A stretch of DNA of 60,716 nucleotides from an uncultured Candidatus Saccharibacteria bacterium (GTDB taxonomy: Bacteria; Patescibacteriota; CAZHWT01): NCBI GenBank assembly GCA_964536215.1, contig CAZHWT010000004.1, positions 1 to 60,716 of the forward strand, written 5' to 3'. Below, one piece after another: positions 1-9,431 of the stretch. The position numbers and the translations under genes are program-made. Every line of letters starts with the position of its first letter. Within the stretch, counting starts at the first letter, position 1. A model generated the notes under the pieces. The model searched no databases, was not told the origin of the DNA, and saw nothing but the letters and a program-made list of their open reading frames with translations.

Positions 1-19
1 CGTTATTCGAATCAGTTTA

Positions 20-36
20 CCCCGATTTAATCGGGG
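20..36. repeat. hairpin family B (CCCCGATTNAATCGGGG), copy 1
   Basis: 7-bp stem CCCCGAT/ATCGGGG with a 3-nt loop; the same unit recurs 8 more times in the window. Confidence 0.85.
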
Positions 37-350
37 TTTACGGTTTACAGTTTACAGTTTACGATTTACGATTAGCGATTAGCGATTAGCGATTAGCGAT
101 TAGCGATTAGCGATTAGCGATTAAGGGAATTTTAGCACTGGCGGTATTGTTTATCTTTTGCGTCTTGTACCTTTATTTGGCATTTGGACTCTTCTTCCTT
201 GCCATTTAACTCGCCTACTTGCCTACTCCCGACTTGCCAACTTGCCTACTTGTTGACTGTTATTAGTTACTTTCCGCCAGAGGCGGACAGGAGTTACTTG
301 GCTATTGGTTTGTTTCCGCCAGAGGCGGACAGGCTATGCTTCGTTATTCG
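37..350 (+). repeat. mosaic intergenic element, copy A (heptad array + 95-bp core + octamer tract + 2 GC hairpins)
   Basis: GTTTACR/CGATTTA heptads 37-68; (CGATTAG)x7 69-117; core 118-210; TGCCTACT-type octamers 212-258; TCCGCCAGAGGCGGA at 273-287 and 315-329; ATGCTTCGTTATTCG 336-350. Confidence 0.9.
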
Positions 351-388
351 CTCCCGCAACTCGATTCAGCTATCACTACGAGCAAACG

Positions 389-428
389 TGCCAACTTGTC
401 GACTCGTCGACTTGTCGACTTGCCAACT
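389..428 (+). repeat. octamer array TGCCAACT/TGTCGACT x5
   Basis: five tandem 8-mers just downstream of the MFS gene stop; same 8-mer family as 212-258 and 10245-10284. Confidence 0.85.
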
Positions 429-470
429 ACTCAGCGCAGCTGAACTCGCCAACTGCTCGGCTCCGCCGAG

Positions 471-2078
471 CTACCCCTCAATCACTGGCTCCAATAATTC
501 GTCATCCTCGCCCTCGTGATGACTATGGGGCAACCAAATTCCCGACACTATCGCCGCCACAAACACAATCCCGGCCGCAATCCACATTGCCTCAGACAAG
601 CCTTGCATCCAAGCTGTTTTAGCCGCATCTGTTAAGGTCGCACCCATTGGCCCCATCTTCTCGGCAATTACCAGCGCCCCAGCCAAAGAATTCTCAGCAA
701 CCTGCTGTGCTTGTGTTGGTAGCTGAGTCAAACTACTGCTAATCTTGTCGGTATATGCCGACCCCAAGACTGCCCCCAAAACCGCTACCCCCAAAGCACC
801 GCCCAACTCTCTAGTCGTATCGTTCATCGCCGAACCCATACCTGCCCGGTTGCGCGGCACGGCTGACATCATCATAGTTGTGGCCGGTGTCATGGTCAAA
901 GCCATACCCGCCATCATTACCGCCATGCTGCCCATAATTTCCATATAGGTCGGCACCGTGGGCCACTGAGTCATGATCACAAACGCCGCTGACACCAACA
1001 CCAGTCCGGAAGTTACCGTCCAACGCGTCCCAAACTTTTTCACAATATTCGGCACAAACGGCGACACTAAAATCATCAGCATCATCAAGGGCAGCATCCG
1101 CAACGACGACTCAAATGGTCCATATCCCATGATCAACTGAAACAACTGGCTCATCGAAAAGAAAATCCCCATCAAAGCAAAAAAGACTAAGCTTACTGAC
1201 AGCGCCGAAATTGAGAACGCAGTCCGGCTAAACAGCTTCATGTCCAACATTGGATGCTCGGCCTTTAGCTGCCAGAACACAAAGGCTCCCAAGCCTATCA
1301 ATCCCACCGTCAAACTGGTCATAATATCCGCATGCCACAAGCCATGTGACGGCGATTCAATAATGCCATACACTAGCCCTAACAATCCCACCGTCGATAA
1401 GAATCCTCCCAACCAATCAATCGGCGTATGACGCTCATCATGCGAATTAGGCGTTAACCACTGGTTAAAGGCAATCCCAATCACCCCAACCACTGCACTA
1501 AAAATAAACACCGACTCCCATGAATAATGCTCAATCAAAAATCCGCTCGCAATGGACCCCAAAGCTACCCCACCGCCAGCAATACCACTCCATATGGCAA
1601 TCGCTCGAGCTCGTTGATTACGCGGAAACACATTATTAATAATCGACAATGTCGTCGGCATCACCATAGCCCCACCTAACCCCATTACGGCTCGCGAAAT
1701 AATCACTTCCAACCCATCCTTGGCAAAAAACCCGGCATAGACGGTGCCAGCCAAAAAGATCAGCAAACCAATTTGCATAATCGTCTTGCGGCCAAATCGG
1801 TCGGCTACAGCGCTCGCCGTAAACAACAAACTAGCGAAGACTAGCGAATAAATATCCACCACCCAAGTCAATTGCACCGAAGTTAGATTAAGCTGCTCAG
1901 CCAGGGTCGGTAAGGCTAAATTCAAGCTGCTATTGCCTATCATTACCAGCAATAAGCTAGCGCACAATGTAGCTAAAATTTCCCACCGACGCTTATAGAT
2001 TGACGGCTCAATCCCATCCATCTCCTCATTGGTCGGCTCTGGCGCATGAGTATGCTTTTTAAATAATTTGTTAAACAT
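471..2078 (-). CDS. MFS transporter, DHA2/EmrB-QacA-type drug:H+ antiporter (14 TMS)
   Basis: 535-aa ORF with about 14 hydrophobic spans and MFS loop motif ADRFGRKT; ATG at 2078 overlaps the stop of the upstream MarR ORF by 8 nt. Confidence 0.9.
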   Translation of the reverse strand: MFNKLFKKHTHAPEPTNEEMDGIEPSIYKRRWEILATLCASLLLVMIGNSSLNLALPTLAEQLNLTSVQLTWVVDIYSLVFASLLFTASAVADRFGRKTIMQIGLLIFLAGTVYAGFFAKDGLEVIISRAVMGLGGAMVMPTTLSIINNVFPRNQRARAIAIWSGIAGGGVALGSIASGFLIEHYSWESVFIFSAVVGVIGIAFNQWLTPNSHDERHTPIDWLGGFLSTVGLLGLVYGIIESPSHGLWHADIMTSLTVGLIGLGAFVFWQLKAEHPMLDMKLFSRTAFSISALSVSLVFFALMGIFFSMSQLFQLIMGYGPFESSLRMLPLMMLMILVSPFVPNIVKKFGTRWTVTSGLVLVSAAFVIMTQWPTVPTYMEIMGSMAVMMAGMALTMTPATTMMMSAVPRNRAGMGSAMNDTTRELGGALGVAVLGAVLGSAYTDKISSSLTQLPTQAQQVAENSLAGALVIAEKMGPMGATLTDAAKTAWMQGLSEAMWIAAGIVFVAAIVSGIWLPHSHHEGEDDELLEPVIEG

Positions 2079-2538
2079 GTGATTCCTTTCCCAGCTGGGC
2101 AGTCATAATAGTTTGCAATCGGTTATTACCATCAATCAATTGACGTACTTCCTCATCAGACATTTCAGTCAATACTTCTGACAAGAACGCTGTTACCGTT
2201 CCCTCAACCTGCTTCAAATAAGCTTCTCCAGCATCTGTCATCGCCACCAATGTAGTCCGACGGCTATCTGGATCAATCCGCGTCCGAATAAGTCCGTTAT
2301 CCAACAAAATCCCAACCTGTCGGCTAATGGCTGCGTCAGAATGATGCAACTCTCGAGCAATCGCACCTTGCGACAACTCGCCATGCCGCTTTAATACCTT
2401 TAAAACCGGCAAACAAGCCATAGCTCCATCCATGCGCTCATGCAGCGCCGTATGCAGCACTTTAAAAAACAGTTGTCCTGTTAGCCGGTACGACTGCACA
2501 AACTCCGCCATTAATTGTTGTCGGGAAATTTTAGACAC
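2071..2538 (-). CDS. MarR-family transcriptional regulator
   Basis: 155-aa winged-helix protein (LSQGAIARELHHSDAAISRQVGILLDNGLI); GTG start; translationally coupled to the MFS gene. Confidence 0.88.
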   Translation of the reverse strand: MSKISRQQLMAEFVQSYRLTGQLFFKVLHTALHERMDGAMACLPVLKVLKRHGELSQGAIARELHHSDAAISRQVGILLDNGLIRTRIDPDSRRTTLVAMTDAGEAYLKQVEGTVTAFLSEVLTEMSDEEVRQLIDGNNRLQTIMTAQLGKESHV

Positions 2539-2547
2539 CAGGGAATC

Positions 2548-2559
2548 TTAACATGTTAA
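2548..2559. promoter_or_regulatory. candidate MarR operator, perfect palindrome TTAACATGTTAA
   Basis: 12-bp perfect palindrome 10 bp upstream of the marR start; followed by TTAACCGGT. Confidence 0.45.
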
Positions 2560-2600
2560 CTATTAACCGGTCAAGGGTCTAAGGAAAAAACAAATCGTCC

Positions 2601-4325
2601 CTAGTCGACCCTTTGCCATATAACTAAGGCCTCAAACGGCATCAAACGTAGTGCCATCAAGTTTACTTCTTCGCCACGACGAGATTCCACATCTAGACTA
2701 GATAAAATAATCCGACCCTCGCCCCCACTCACTTCAACCGACCAAGCCTCTTGGTCAGAAAAATTCACCACCACTATACATGCTTGGTTCGCTTCAGCGC
2801 GTTTAAACGACACTACCTCATCATGGGTAGCACCAAGCAATTCCAATTCTCCAGATGCGAATACCGGTTCTCTACGCCAACGCAACAACTGCTTGTACAA
2901 ACTGAGCCAAGACAGAGGATCGGACGACTCGGTTTCAACGGTACGCTCATGCCACCCAACGCTTAAAGGTAGCCACAATTTTGACTCATCAGCCAGGCTA
3001 AACCCAGCATTCTTCTGCCCACTCCATTGCATCGGCGTCCGGCAACCATCGCGCATACCCAATTGGTCATCACCATCCTGTGCCCCAATCTCACCATCCA
3101 ACATACCGATTTCTTCACCATAATAGATGTACATCTGCCCGGACAACAACGCATTTACCACTGCCGCCGCCCTAGCCTGCGGCTCACCTAATCGGGTCGC
3201 CACTCTCGGCATATCGTGATTCCCATTAACATGACTTGGGGTTGCGCCAGCTGGCAAAGTAGCATAATAGGCGCGCAACAACTCCCGTTGCTTGCTAGCT
3301 CGCCATTCAGCATGCATACGAGTAAAATTGAACGCATTGGCGTGGTCTAAATCAACCGAGTTTAGTTGACCAATAATCCCAGGCCTTGGGTCGCCTTCAA
3401 ACGTAATCCACGTATCTCTTTCAACATACGCCTTCTCATGCAATACCGCTGTTAATTCTTGCAAATAAGGTGTCAACACCGACTCATACGAGGCACTATA
3501 TTTCTGTTGCAACTGGTAGTAGGGATTACCAACCCCTTCAATATAGTCAGGATTGGGCGGCTCATCGCGAAACTTAGGGTCTTTAGCGATAAACATCACC
3601 GCATCCATCCTAAATCCATCCACCCCACGATCTAACCAAAATCGCATCACTTCTTTTAGAGCCACTCGCACTTCTTCATTCTGCCAGTTCAAATCTGGTT
3701 GCTGCGCAGCAAAACTATGCAGATAATACTGACCCCGTTGCTGGTCAAACGTCCAGGCCGAAATCGGTGGCGTATTAGCCCCAGCTGGCACCGCCAGTTC
3801 GCCCTTCTGCCGTTTTAATAACTGAGATCGCGAAAAAACACTGGCCCAATTGTTCGGCGGTCCGCCATCTGGCCCAGCATCGCGCCAAATATACCAATCG
3901 CTTTTGGGATTATCCCGAGACTGTCGAGACTCTTTAAACCACACATGCTGATCCGAAGTGTGATTAATCACCAAATCCACCATCACCTTTAAGCCTAGCC
4001 GCTGCGCTTCCGCCACCACTCCGTCAAAATCAGTCAGCGTGCCAAATCTAGGATCAACGCCACAATAATCGCTTATATCATAACCGCCATCCACCATCGG
4101 AGAAGGGTAAAAGGGCGAAATCCAAATTGCGCTCACACCCAAATCGCGAACATATTCCAAACCAGAGGTAATCCCAAGCAAGGTTCCCTCACCACGATGC
4201 GCTTCACCAGGCTGTCGCACCTCTAAAAAGCTACGAGGATAAATTTGGTAAATCGACGCCGAGCGCCACCTCAAACCAGACCCATCATCTATCGGTTTAT
4301 CTAAAACTGATTCTATGCCTACCAT
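2601..4325 (-). CDS. GH13 alpha-glucosidase / oligo-1,6-glucosidase-like
   Basis: GH13 signature regions DLVINHTS, GFRMDAV, YYGEEIGM, GNHDMPR; the ORF opens at 4352 (TTG) but the first ATG is at 4325. Confidence 0.9.
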   Translation of the reverse strand: MVGIESVLDKPIDDGSGLRWRSASIYQIYPRSFLEVRQPGEAHRGEGTLLGITSGLEYVRDLGVSAIWISPFYPSPMVDGGYDISDYCGVDPRFGTLTDFDGVVAEAQRLGLKVMVDLVINHTSDQHVWFKESRQSRDNPKSDWYIWRDAGPDGGPPNNWASVFSRSQLLKRQKGELAVPAGANTPPISAWTFDQQRGQYYLHSFAAQQPDLNWQNEEVRVALKEVMRFWLDRGVDGFRMDAVMFIAKDPKFRDEPPNPDYIEGVGNPYYQLQQKYSASYESVLTPYLQELTAVLHEKAYVERDTWITFEGDPRPGIIGQLNSVDLDHANAFNFTRMHAEWRASKQRELLRAYYATLPAGATPSHVNGNHDMPRVATRLGEPQARAAAVVNALLSGQMYIYYGEEIGMLDGEIGAQDGDDQLGMRDGCRTPMQWSGQKNAGFSLADESKLWLPLSVGWHERTVETESSDPLSWLSLYKQLLRWRREPVFASGELELLGATHDEVVSFKRAEANQACIVVVNFSDQEAWSVEVSGGEGRIILSSLDVESRRGEEVNLMALRLMPFEALVIWQRVD

Positions 4326-4425
4326 TATCTCTATAGTACACGTCCAGACCAAAACTGGGAATCATACTAACAAATCAACCCATCACCGCTAAGGCAACTC
4401 AATTAATGCCCAAACATAGATTCAC

Positions 4426-4461
4426 TTATTATATAATACTTTTAAAAGTATTATATAATAA
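4426..4461. promoter_or_regulatory. 36-bp perfect AT-rich palindrome carrying TATAAT on both strands
   Basis: TTATTATATAATACTTTT|AAAAGTATTATATAATAA; lies about 70-100 bp upstream of the GH13 start; arms recur at 15099-15135. Confidence 0.5.
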
Positions 4462-4523
4462 TATAAAATTAACAGAGATAATTAAGAAGAGAGTGAAACC
4501 AAAACCCTACCAGGTTGCTTTTA

Positions 4524-4811
4524 CTATGATTTAGAGGCAGCTTGCTGCGAACTGTCGGATCGTTGCGCCTGACGTTGAGCGAGCCGATCTTCATCTTGTT
4601 TCTCTTTGGCTCTAATCTTAGCCTCTCGGGCACTACGCTGCTTATCTAACTCTTTCTCCAGCGCAGCTTGACACGTTGAATCAGGACAAACCATTAACGT
4701 ACGAGTTAGTTTCGACCTACCACCCAGCGTCTCCAACTCTTCTACCCAAGTTTTTGCTACTATGCGTTCTTTGCCGCATCTCACACATACATTTTTAATC
4801 GTACCGCTCAC
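4524..4811 (-). CDS. small zinc-ribbon-like protein with basic coiled tail (hypothetical)
   Basis: CxxC...CPDSTC cysteine pairs, then a K/R/E/Q-rich tail; GTG at 4811 is preceded by AAGGGGG with 6-nt spacing; the ORF track extends to a TTG at 4853. Confidence 0.55.
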   Translation of the reverse strand: MSGTIKNVCVRCGKERIVAKTWVEELETLGGRSKLTRTLMVCPDSTCQAALEKELDKQRSAREAKIRAKEKQDEDRLAQRQAQRSDSSQQAASKS

Positions 4812-4890
4812 GTAAGACCCCCTTTGCAATCTCCACCAGTACTCCCTATGCAAAGCGGATACTTCACAGTATCCGCTGCATAAAATCTAT

Positions 4891-5247
4891 TTAGTAACGA
4901 CGCCCACCGCCACCACCGTAACCGCCACCACCACGACGATCCTGGTTATAGCCACCACCGCCACGACCACCGCCAAAATTTCCTCGTGGACGATCTTCCT
5001 TCGGACGAGCCACGTTAACCTCTAGGGTTCGACCCTCGAATTCCTTTCCGTTCCACATCTCAATAGCTGCTTGAGCTTCTTCTTCAGTCGCCATTTCAAC
5101 GAAACCAAATCCTTTAGGCATACCCGTTTCTGGGTCAATTTTAATCCACACCGACTCCACCGTCCCAGCCTGAGCAAACGCTTCGCGCAAAGAATCCTCG
5201 GTCACGCTATTGCGGGATAATCCGCCAACAAATAACTTGTTATTCAT
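4891..5247 (-). CDS. RRM-type RNA-binding protein with RGG/glycine-rich tail
   Basis: RNP2 LFVGGL and RNP1 KGFGFVEM; C-terminal GGGRGGGGY repeats; GAGGTG RBS 8 nt upstream. Confidence 0.9.
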   Translation of the reverse strand: MNNKLFVGGLSRNSVTEDSLREAFAQAGTVESVWIKIDPETGMPKGFGFVEMATEEEAQAAIEMWNGKEFEGRTLEVNVARPKEDRPRGNFGGGRGGGGYNQDRRGGGGYGGGGGRRY

Positions 5248-5526
5248 GAAAAATTCACCTCATTCCGGTTTAAGACTTCAACACAAGGCCAATTTCTGTT
5301 TTATTCTTTCAGGCGCCATTGCACCACGGCCAAATGCACTAATCAAAAAAACCAAACCGGCGAGAAACCCCACTCACATCCTGCTTGTATCTAGGCGAAT
5401 TATACCCGAAAAATTGCACTTTGTATACAGACGAGCGAGGACACATGGTTCACGAAAGAGACTCTGCACGGCTATTCGCCTGTTCGTAAGTTCGTTTTTT
5501 CGAAGCTTCGTTATTCGAATGTAGTT

Positions 5527-5794
5527 TGCGATATGCGATTTACGATGAACGATTAGCGATTAGCGATTAGCGATTAGCGATTAGCGATTAGCGATTAGCG
5601 GAATTTTAGCCCTGGTGGTGTTTATTTTTGCATCTTAAACCTTTGTTTGGCATTTGAATTCTTGTATCTTGGCATTTAACGCCTACTCGTCAACTTCCGC
5701 CAGAGGCGGACAGACCATGCTTCGTTATTCGTCTATTCGTACCCGTACTCCGTGCTTCTTACCCCTTCCACCTGCAGCCTCCAGACTGCATACC
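5527..5794 (+). repeat. mosaic intergenic element, copy B
   Basis: CGAT-type heptads 5527-5549; (CGATTAG)x7 5550-5598; core 5599-5680; hairpin TCCGCCAGAGGCGGA 5696-5710; ATGCTTCGTTATTCG; box CCTTCCACCTGCAGCCTCCAGACTGCATACC 5764-5794. Confidence 0.9.
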
Positions 5795-5843
5795 ACTCGC
5801 CTATCTCCCGCTCTCATCCCCCCCATCGTAATTATCCTAAGAG

Positions 5844-5849
5844 TATAAT
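5844..5849 (+). promoter_or_regulatory. -10 box TATAAT, 6 nt upstream of the ATG at 5856 (leaderless candidate)
   Basis: GAGTATAATACCTCTATG; no SD sequence present. Confidence 0.45.
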
Positions 5850-5855
5850 ACCTCT

Positions 5856-6464
5856 ATGTCCCGCTGGTTCAAAAACCCCTTTACCATCATCGGACTCCTC
5901 CTGGTCCTTTTCGGCTGGAGTCCACTTCTCAGTATTATCTTTCTAGACACTCTCGGTCTCTGGCCAGATCCTAACCCTAACCCCATTGGACCCGGCTTAC
6001 TTTTTTTCTTCACCGGCATGCCGGCCGTCATCTGCCTACTCCTAGGCATCATCATTTCCCTGGCTCATCCACAACAGGCTTCAATTGCGCCGTCCACCTC
6101 CCAACCTTCTCCTCTCCCAGGGCCAAAACTAGGACTCACCGACAATCCTACCACCATTACACCTGCCCATCTCACCTCAGAGCAACAAGCATATATCGAT
6201 AGCCCCAGTTGGGCGGCTAGTTTTGGCCTAGCGTACTTTATTTTCATGGGCACACCCGAAACCTTTTTTCGCCACCTCATCCCCAATCTCAACTACATTC
6301 ACTACATCCAGCACGGTCGCCAACAAGCCTGGCGAGCTCGACATTGGCCAACTTTTGACCAATTCAAAACCAAAAACGACCAACTCGACCAACTAGCCAA
6401 AACCACCATCAGCATCATCACCACCCTAGCCATCATATTCTTCACTTTTATTACCCTTATCTAA
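5856..6464 (+). CDS. membrane protein, hypothetical
   Basis: 202-aa ORF with 2 N-terminal and 1 C-terminal hydrophobic spans and a Pro/Ser-rich linker. Confidence 0.6.
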   Translation: MSRWFKNPFTIIGLLLVLFGWSPLLSIIFLDTLGLWPDPNPNPIGPGLLFFFTGMPAVICLLLGIIISLAHPQQASIAPSTSQPSPLPGPKLGLTDNPTTITPAHLTSEQQAYIDSPSWAASFGLAYFIFMGTPETFFRHLIPNLNYIHYIQHGRQQAWRARHWPTFDQFKTKNDQLDQLAKTTISIITTLAIIFFTFITLI

Positions 6465-6536
6465 TAGCCACTACGCATCCAGAACTAAGAGTAATTAGCT
6501 ATTCGTATATTCGTTAGTTCGTCTATTCGCAGGAGA

Positions 6537-6645
6537 TTAACGATTAAGAGAATTTTAGCACTAGTGGTGGGGTTTTACTTTTTGCGTCTTGAACCTTTGT
6601 TTGGCATTTTGACTCTTGTTCCTTGGCATTTACATACCTACTCGA
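6537..6645 (+). repeat. mosaic intergenic element, copy C (core only, one heptad)
   Basis: TTAACGATTAAGAGAATTTTAGCACTAGTGGTG...TTGGCATTTTGACTCTTGTTCCTTGGCATTTACATACCTACTCG between convergent genes. Confidence 0.88.
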
Positions 6646-6695
6646 AATATTTTCATCTGCGACTCGCAACTCATTACCCCCAAACCTAACCCCGT

Positions 6696-7502
6696 CTACT
6701 CATACTGCAACTTGCTACCCAATGCCGAATACCCGGTATTCAAATCAGTCAACGTTGCCATATCCTCTTCACTTAACTCAAAGTCAAATACTTCAATGTT
6801 TTCCTGCAAATGCTCAACCTTACTAGCCTTTGGAATTGGCACTACTCCTAACTGTAAATTCCACCGAATCACAATTTGAGCAGGCGACTTACCATGTGCG
6901 TCGGCTATAGTATCCAGCGCTGCCATATTCAGCTTAGTGTTGCGCGTTAATGGACTATACGCTTGAATCACCATACCAGTATCGTTGGCATACTCAAGCA
7001 TTGACTGACTGTGACCAAAGGGGCTCCATTCAATCTGATTTACAGTCGGAGCCTCCTTCGTACTATCCGCCAACTCTTTCAGCTGCTCAATTGAATAGTT
7101 GCTAACCCCAATATCCTTAGTCAGACCTTCCCGCTTGGCCTGCATAAGTCCTTGCCATAGTTCCTGGCCCACGCCGTCTTGTGGTGGTCGATGAATTAAC
7201 ATTAAATCTGCATATTCAATATCCAGCTCCTGTAAATTCTTTTTTGTCGCCTCGTAGGCATCATCTGTCTCTTCAACTTTAGTCACAATATAAAAAGCAT
7301 CGCGATCCAAACCGCTCTGTTTCAAACCCTGGCCAATTCCAGGCTGCGTACCATAGTCACCCGAAGTATCGATCATTGGATAGCCCATTTCCAAGGCCTT
7401 TACAATTGTCCCAGCTGTATCCTCGGTCAACTTCCACGTCCCTAAACCAATAACCGGCATAGCATTGCCCGTATGCAATTGTACTGTTGTATCTTTATTC
7501 AT
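6696..7502 (-). CDS. aldo/keto reductase (DkgA-like)
   Basis: AKR motifs GLGTW and IDTSGDYG, plus a C-terminal IPKA-type segment; ATG at 7502 has a GGAGG RBS 7 nt upstream; the ORF track start at 7565 is unsupported. Confidence 0.9.
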   Translation of the reverse strand: MNKDTTVQLHTGNAMPVIGLGTWKLTEDTAGTIVKALEMGYPMIDTSGDYGTQPGIGQGLKQSGLDRDAFYIVTKVEETDDAYEATKKNLQELDIEYADLMLIHRPPQDGVGQELWQGLMQAKREGLTKDIGVSNYSIEQLKELADSTKEAPTVNQIEWSPFGHSQSMLEYANDTGMVIQAYSPLTRNTKLNMAALDTIADAHGKSPAQIVIRWNLQLGVVPIPKASKVEHLQENIEVFDFELSEEDMATLTDLNTGYSALGSKLQYE

Positions 7503-7659
7503 CAGCTTACCTCCGTTCGTAATTTGTAGAAGCAATTCTACCGTCGTCGAAGCAAGACGGAGCAATCTTGGTAAATGACCACACCAATTAAATTGTCACG
7601 CTTCACTCACAATGACTTATTCACTAGTCAGTCGGATATTCACATCATTCGCATGGCCA

Positions 7660-8619
7660 TCATGCAAATTCCGGCAAAATCTCCTCTGCATAAAACTTTA
7701 TAAACTCCTCCTGATTCGGCCCTACCTGATGTATGTACACATGGGTAAACCCCGCATCGATATACTGCTGAATCTGCTCTAAATGCCGCTTCTTATTCGC
7801 CCCGCATACCATCGACTCCCCAATCTTGTCTGGCGTCACATCCTTAGCTAATTGTTCAAAATGCAGCGGCATGGGTAGCTCTTGCGAAGCTTGTCCAGAT
7901 ATAGCTGATGTTGGCCAATACTTGGCCGCTGTCTGCATCGCCTTTTTCTCATCCACGTCATAACACACACTAGCCTGACCATAAATTGGCTTTCCTTCAC
8001 CGCCTGACTCTTTAAACACATCAATTACTTCCTTATTCGGTGAAGTTGTCACCAAGCCATCGCCAATCTCTCCAGCCAATTGAGCCGATTTAGTCCCCAT
8101 GGCCGACACTGTAATCTTCGGTAATGTTTGGGGCAGAGAATAAATTCTAGCCTGATCAACCGTAAAATAAGCTCCTGGAATATCCGTCACTCGCCCTTCC
8201 CATACCTCTCGGATAATCTCCACCGCCTCCTGCAGCATTTCCATTCGCCGATTTATATTCGGCCACCCTTCTCCCACCACATGCTCATTCAAATTCTCAC
8301 CCGTGCCCACCCCAAAAATAAATCTATCTTCTAACAAGCAGGCTGTAGTCGCTGCCGCCTGAGCCAAAATGACCGGATGAATCCGCATAATTGGACACGT
8401 CACACCCGTCATCACCGGAATCTTTTTGGTCGACTGACTAATCGCTCCCAACACCGCCCAGACAAATCCACTCTGCCCCTGCGCATCTATCCACGGATGA
8501 AAATGATCCGAAATGCTCAAAAACCCAAATCCCGCCTCCTCGGCCAACCGCGCATTCTTCACCAACACCTCCGGCCGATGCTCCTCGCTAGACAATGTGT
8601 ATCCAATCGAAACAGCCAT
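7660..8619 (-). CDS. LLM-class F420-dependent oxidoreductase (G6PDH-related family)
   Basis: N-terminus IGYTLSSEEH..AEEAGFGFLSISDHFHPW is typical of the family; GGAGG RBS. Confidence 0.82.
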   Translation of the reverse strand: MAVSIGYTLSSEEHRPEVLVKNARLAEEAGFGFLSISDHFHPWIDAQGQSGFVWAVLGAISQSTKKIPVMTGVTCPIMRIHPVILAQAAATTACLLEDRFIFGVGTGENLNEHVVGEGWPNINRRMEMLQEAVEIIREVWEGRVTDIPGAYFTVDQARIYSLPQTLPKITVSAMGTKSAQLAGEIGDGLVTTSPNKEVIDVFKESGGEGKPIYGQASVCYDVDEKKAMQTAAKYWPTSAISGQASQELPMPLHFEQLAKDVTPDKIGESMVCGANKKRHLEQIQQYIDAGFTHVYIHQVGPNQEEFIKFYAEEILPEFA

Positions 8620-8645
8620 AAAACCCTCCTCACTTTCGTACTTTA

Positions 8646-8680
8646 TCTAGAACCTAGAACCTAAAGTCTAAAACCCAGAA
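8646..8680 (+). repeat. heptad array CTAGAAC-type x5
   Basis: CTAGAAC CTAGAAC CTAAAGT CTAAAAC CCAGAAT, directly abutting hairpin A. Confidence 0.75.
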
Positions 8681-8695
8681 TCCGCCAGAGGCGGA
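8681..8695. repeat. hairpin family A (TCCGCCAGAGGCGGA)
   Basis: 6-bp GC stem with a 3-nt loop; 8 intact copies in the window. Confidence 0.85.
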
Positions 8696-8774
8696 CAAGC
8701 CTAGAACCTTACAATGATACTATCACATTACAGCACACCACAAGAGACAGGCTAAAATTATTTATATGTAAAGT

Positions 8775-9326
8775 TTACTTGGAAGAAAAAACTGTTGTCC
8801 CAGCCACTAGGTCATGCGGCCCTCGTCCATCGTGGCGAATAAACACCATCAATACATAAACGACAGCCAACATCATAGCGCCAATCAATCCGACCAAAAT
8901 CCAAAATGGCGGATCTGTCTCATACCCATGGTGGTAAAAGAAATTCATCAATTGCCAGATAAAAGTATGAGCAATCTCCCATGGCAATAGCTTTACAATC
9001 GTTCGCCGCGCAATTTGATGTCGAGTCGCCCCAATTCCACTCTGATCTTTCACAGCCAGTCCAACCACTCTTTTTCCAAATGTCGCTGCTTGCAACCCCG
9101 ATTCGGTAGAGTATAAATAAATAGCTATTGGCAATGTCAGAATGGTAAAAAATAATGCTTGAGTCACATAAGGCCCAAACATCCCCAGATAATCAGGATA
9201 GCCGCCCAGCCAAACTCGGAATACTACAAAACTAACCATCCCTATTAGCCCCATCCAACCAAGAATAACCAAATAATCAACTAGTAGCGCTAAAAATCGC
9301 CGTCGTATAAATGCCCACATACTCAT
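8775..9326 (-). CDS. RDD-family membrane protein
   Basis: 183 aa, 3-4 TM spans, R..D..D-containing N-terminal segment (RRRFLALLVDYLV). Confidence 0.72.
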   Translation of the reverse strand: MSMWAFIRRRFLALLVDYLVILGWMGLIGMVSFVVFRVWLGGYPDYLGMFGPYVTQALFFTILTLPIAIYLYSTESGLQAATFGKRVVGLAVKDQSGIGATRHQIARRTIVKLLPWEIAHTFIWQLMNFFYHHGYETDPPFWILVGLIGAMMLAVVYVLMVFIRHDGRGPHDLVAGTTVFSSK

Positions 9327-9373
9327 AATCGCTCTTCAGTATATCAAAACAACCTAGTCCCCTTCGGAAAATC

Positions 9374-9408
9374 AAACTGTAAACCGTAAACTGCAAACTG
9401 CAAACGCA
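9374..9408 (+). repeat. heptad array AAACTGY x5 (reverse complement of the GTTTACR family)
   Basis: AAACTGT AAACCGT AAACTGC AAACTGC AAACGCA. Confidence 0.8.
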
Positions 9409-9431
9409 AGAACTTCTAGGCAAGCGCAAAA

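Noticed and set aside
69-124. Possible CRISPR array suggested by the regularly repeated CGATTAG units and recurring hairpins
   Set aside because: The period is 7 nt with no unique spacers. The hairpins are dispersed singly, not in repeat-spacer arrays, and no cas genes are present.
184-622. ORF-track proteins 184-519 and 305-622, and similar ORFs at 5210-5524, 5654-5946, 11140-11382, 12653-12835, 22274-22651 and 23518-23888
   Set aside because: They are translations of the heptad, octamer and hairpin repeat DNA, with periodic low-complexity peptides such as FPPEADR repeated. They have no RBS or promoter and overlap clearly non-coding mosaic elements.
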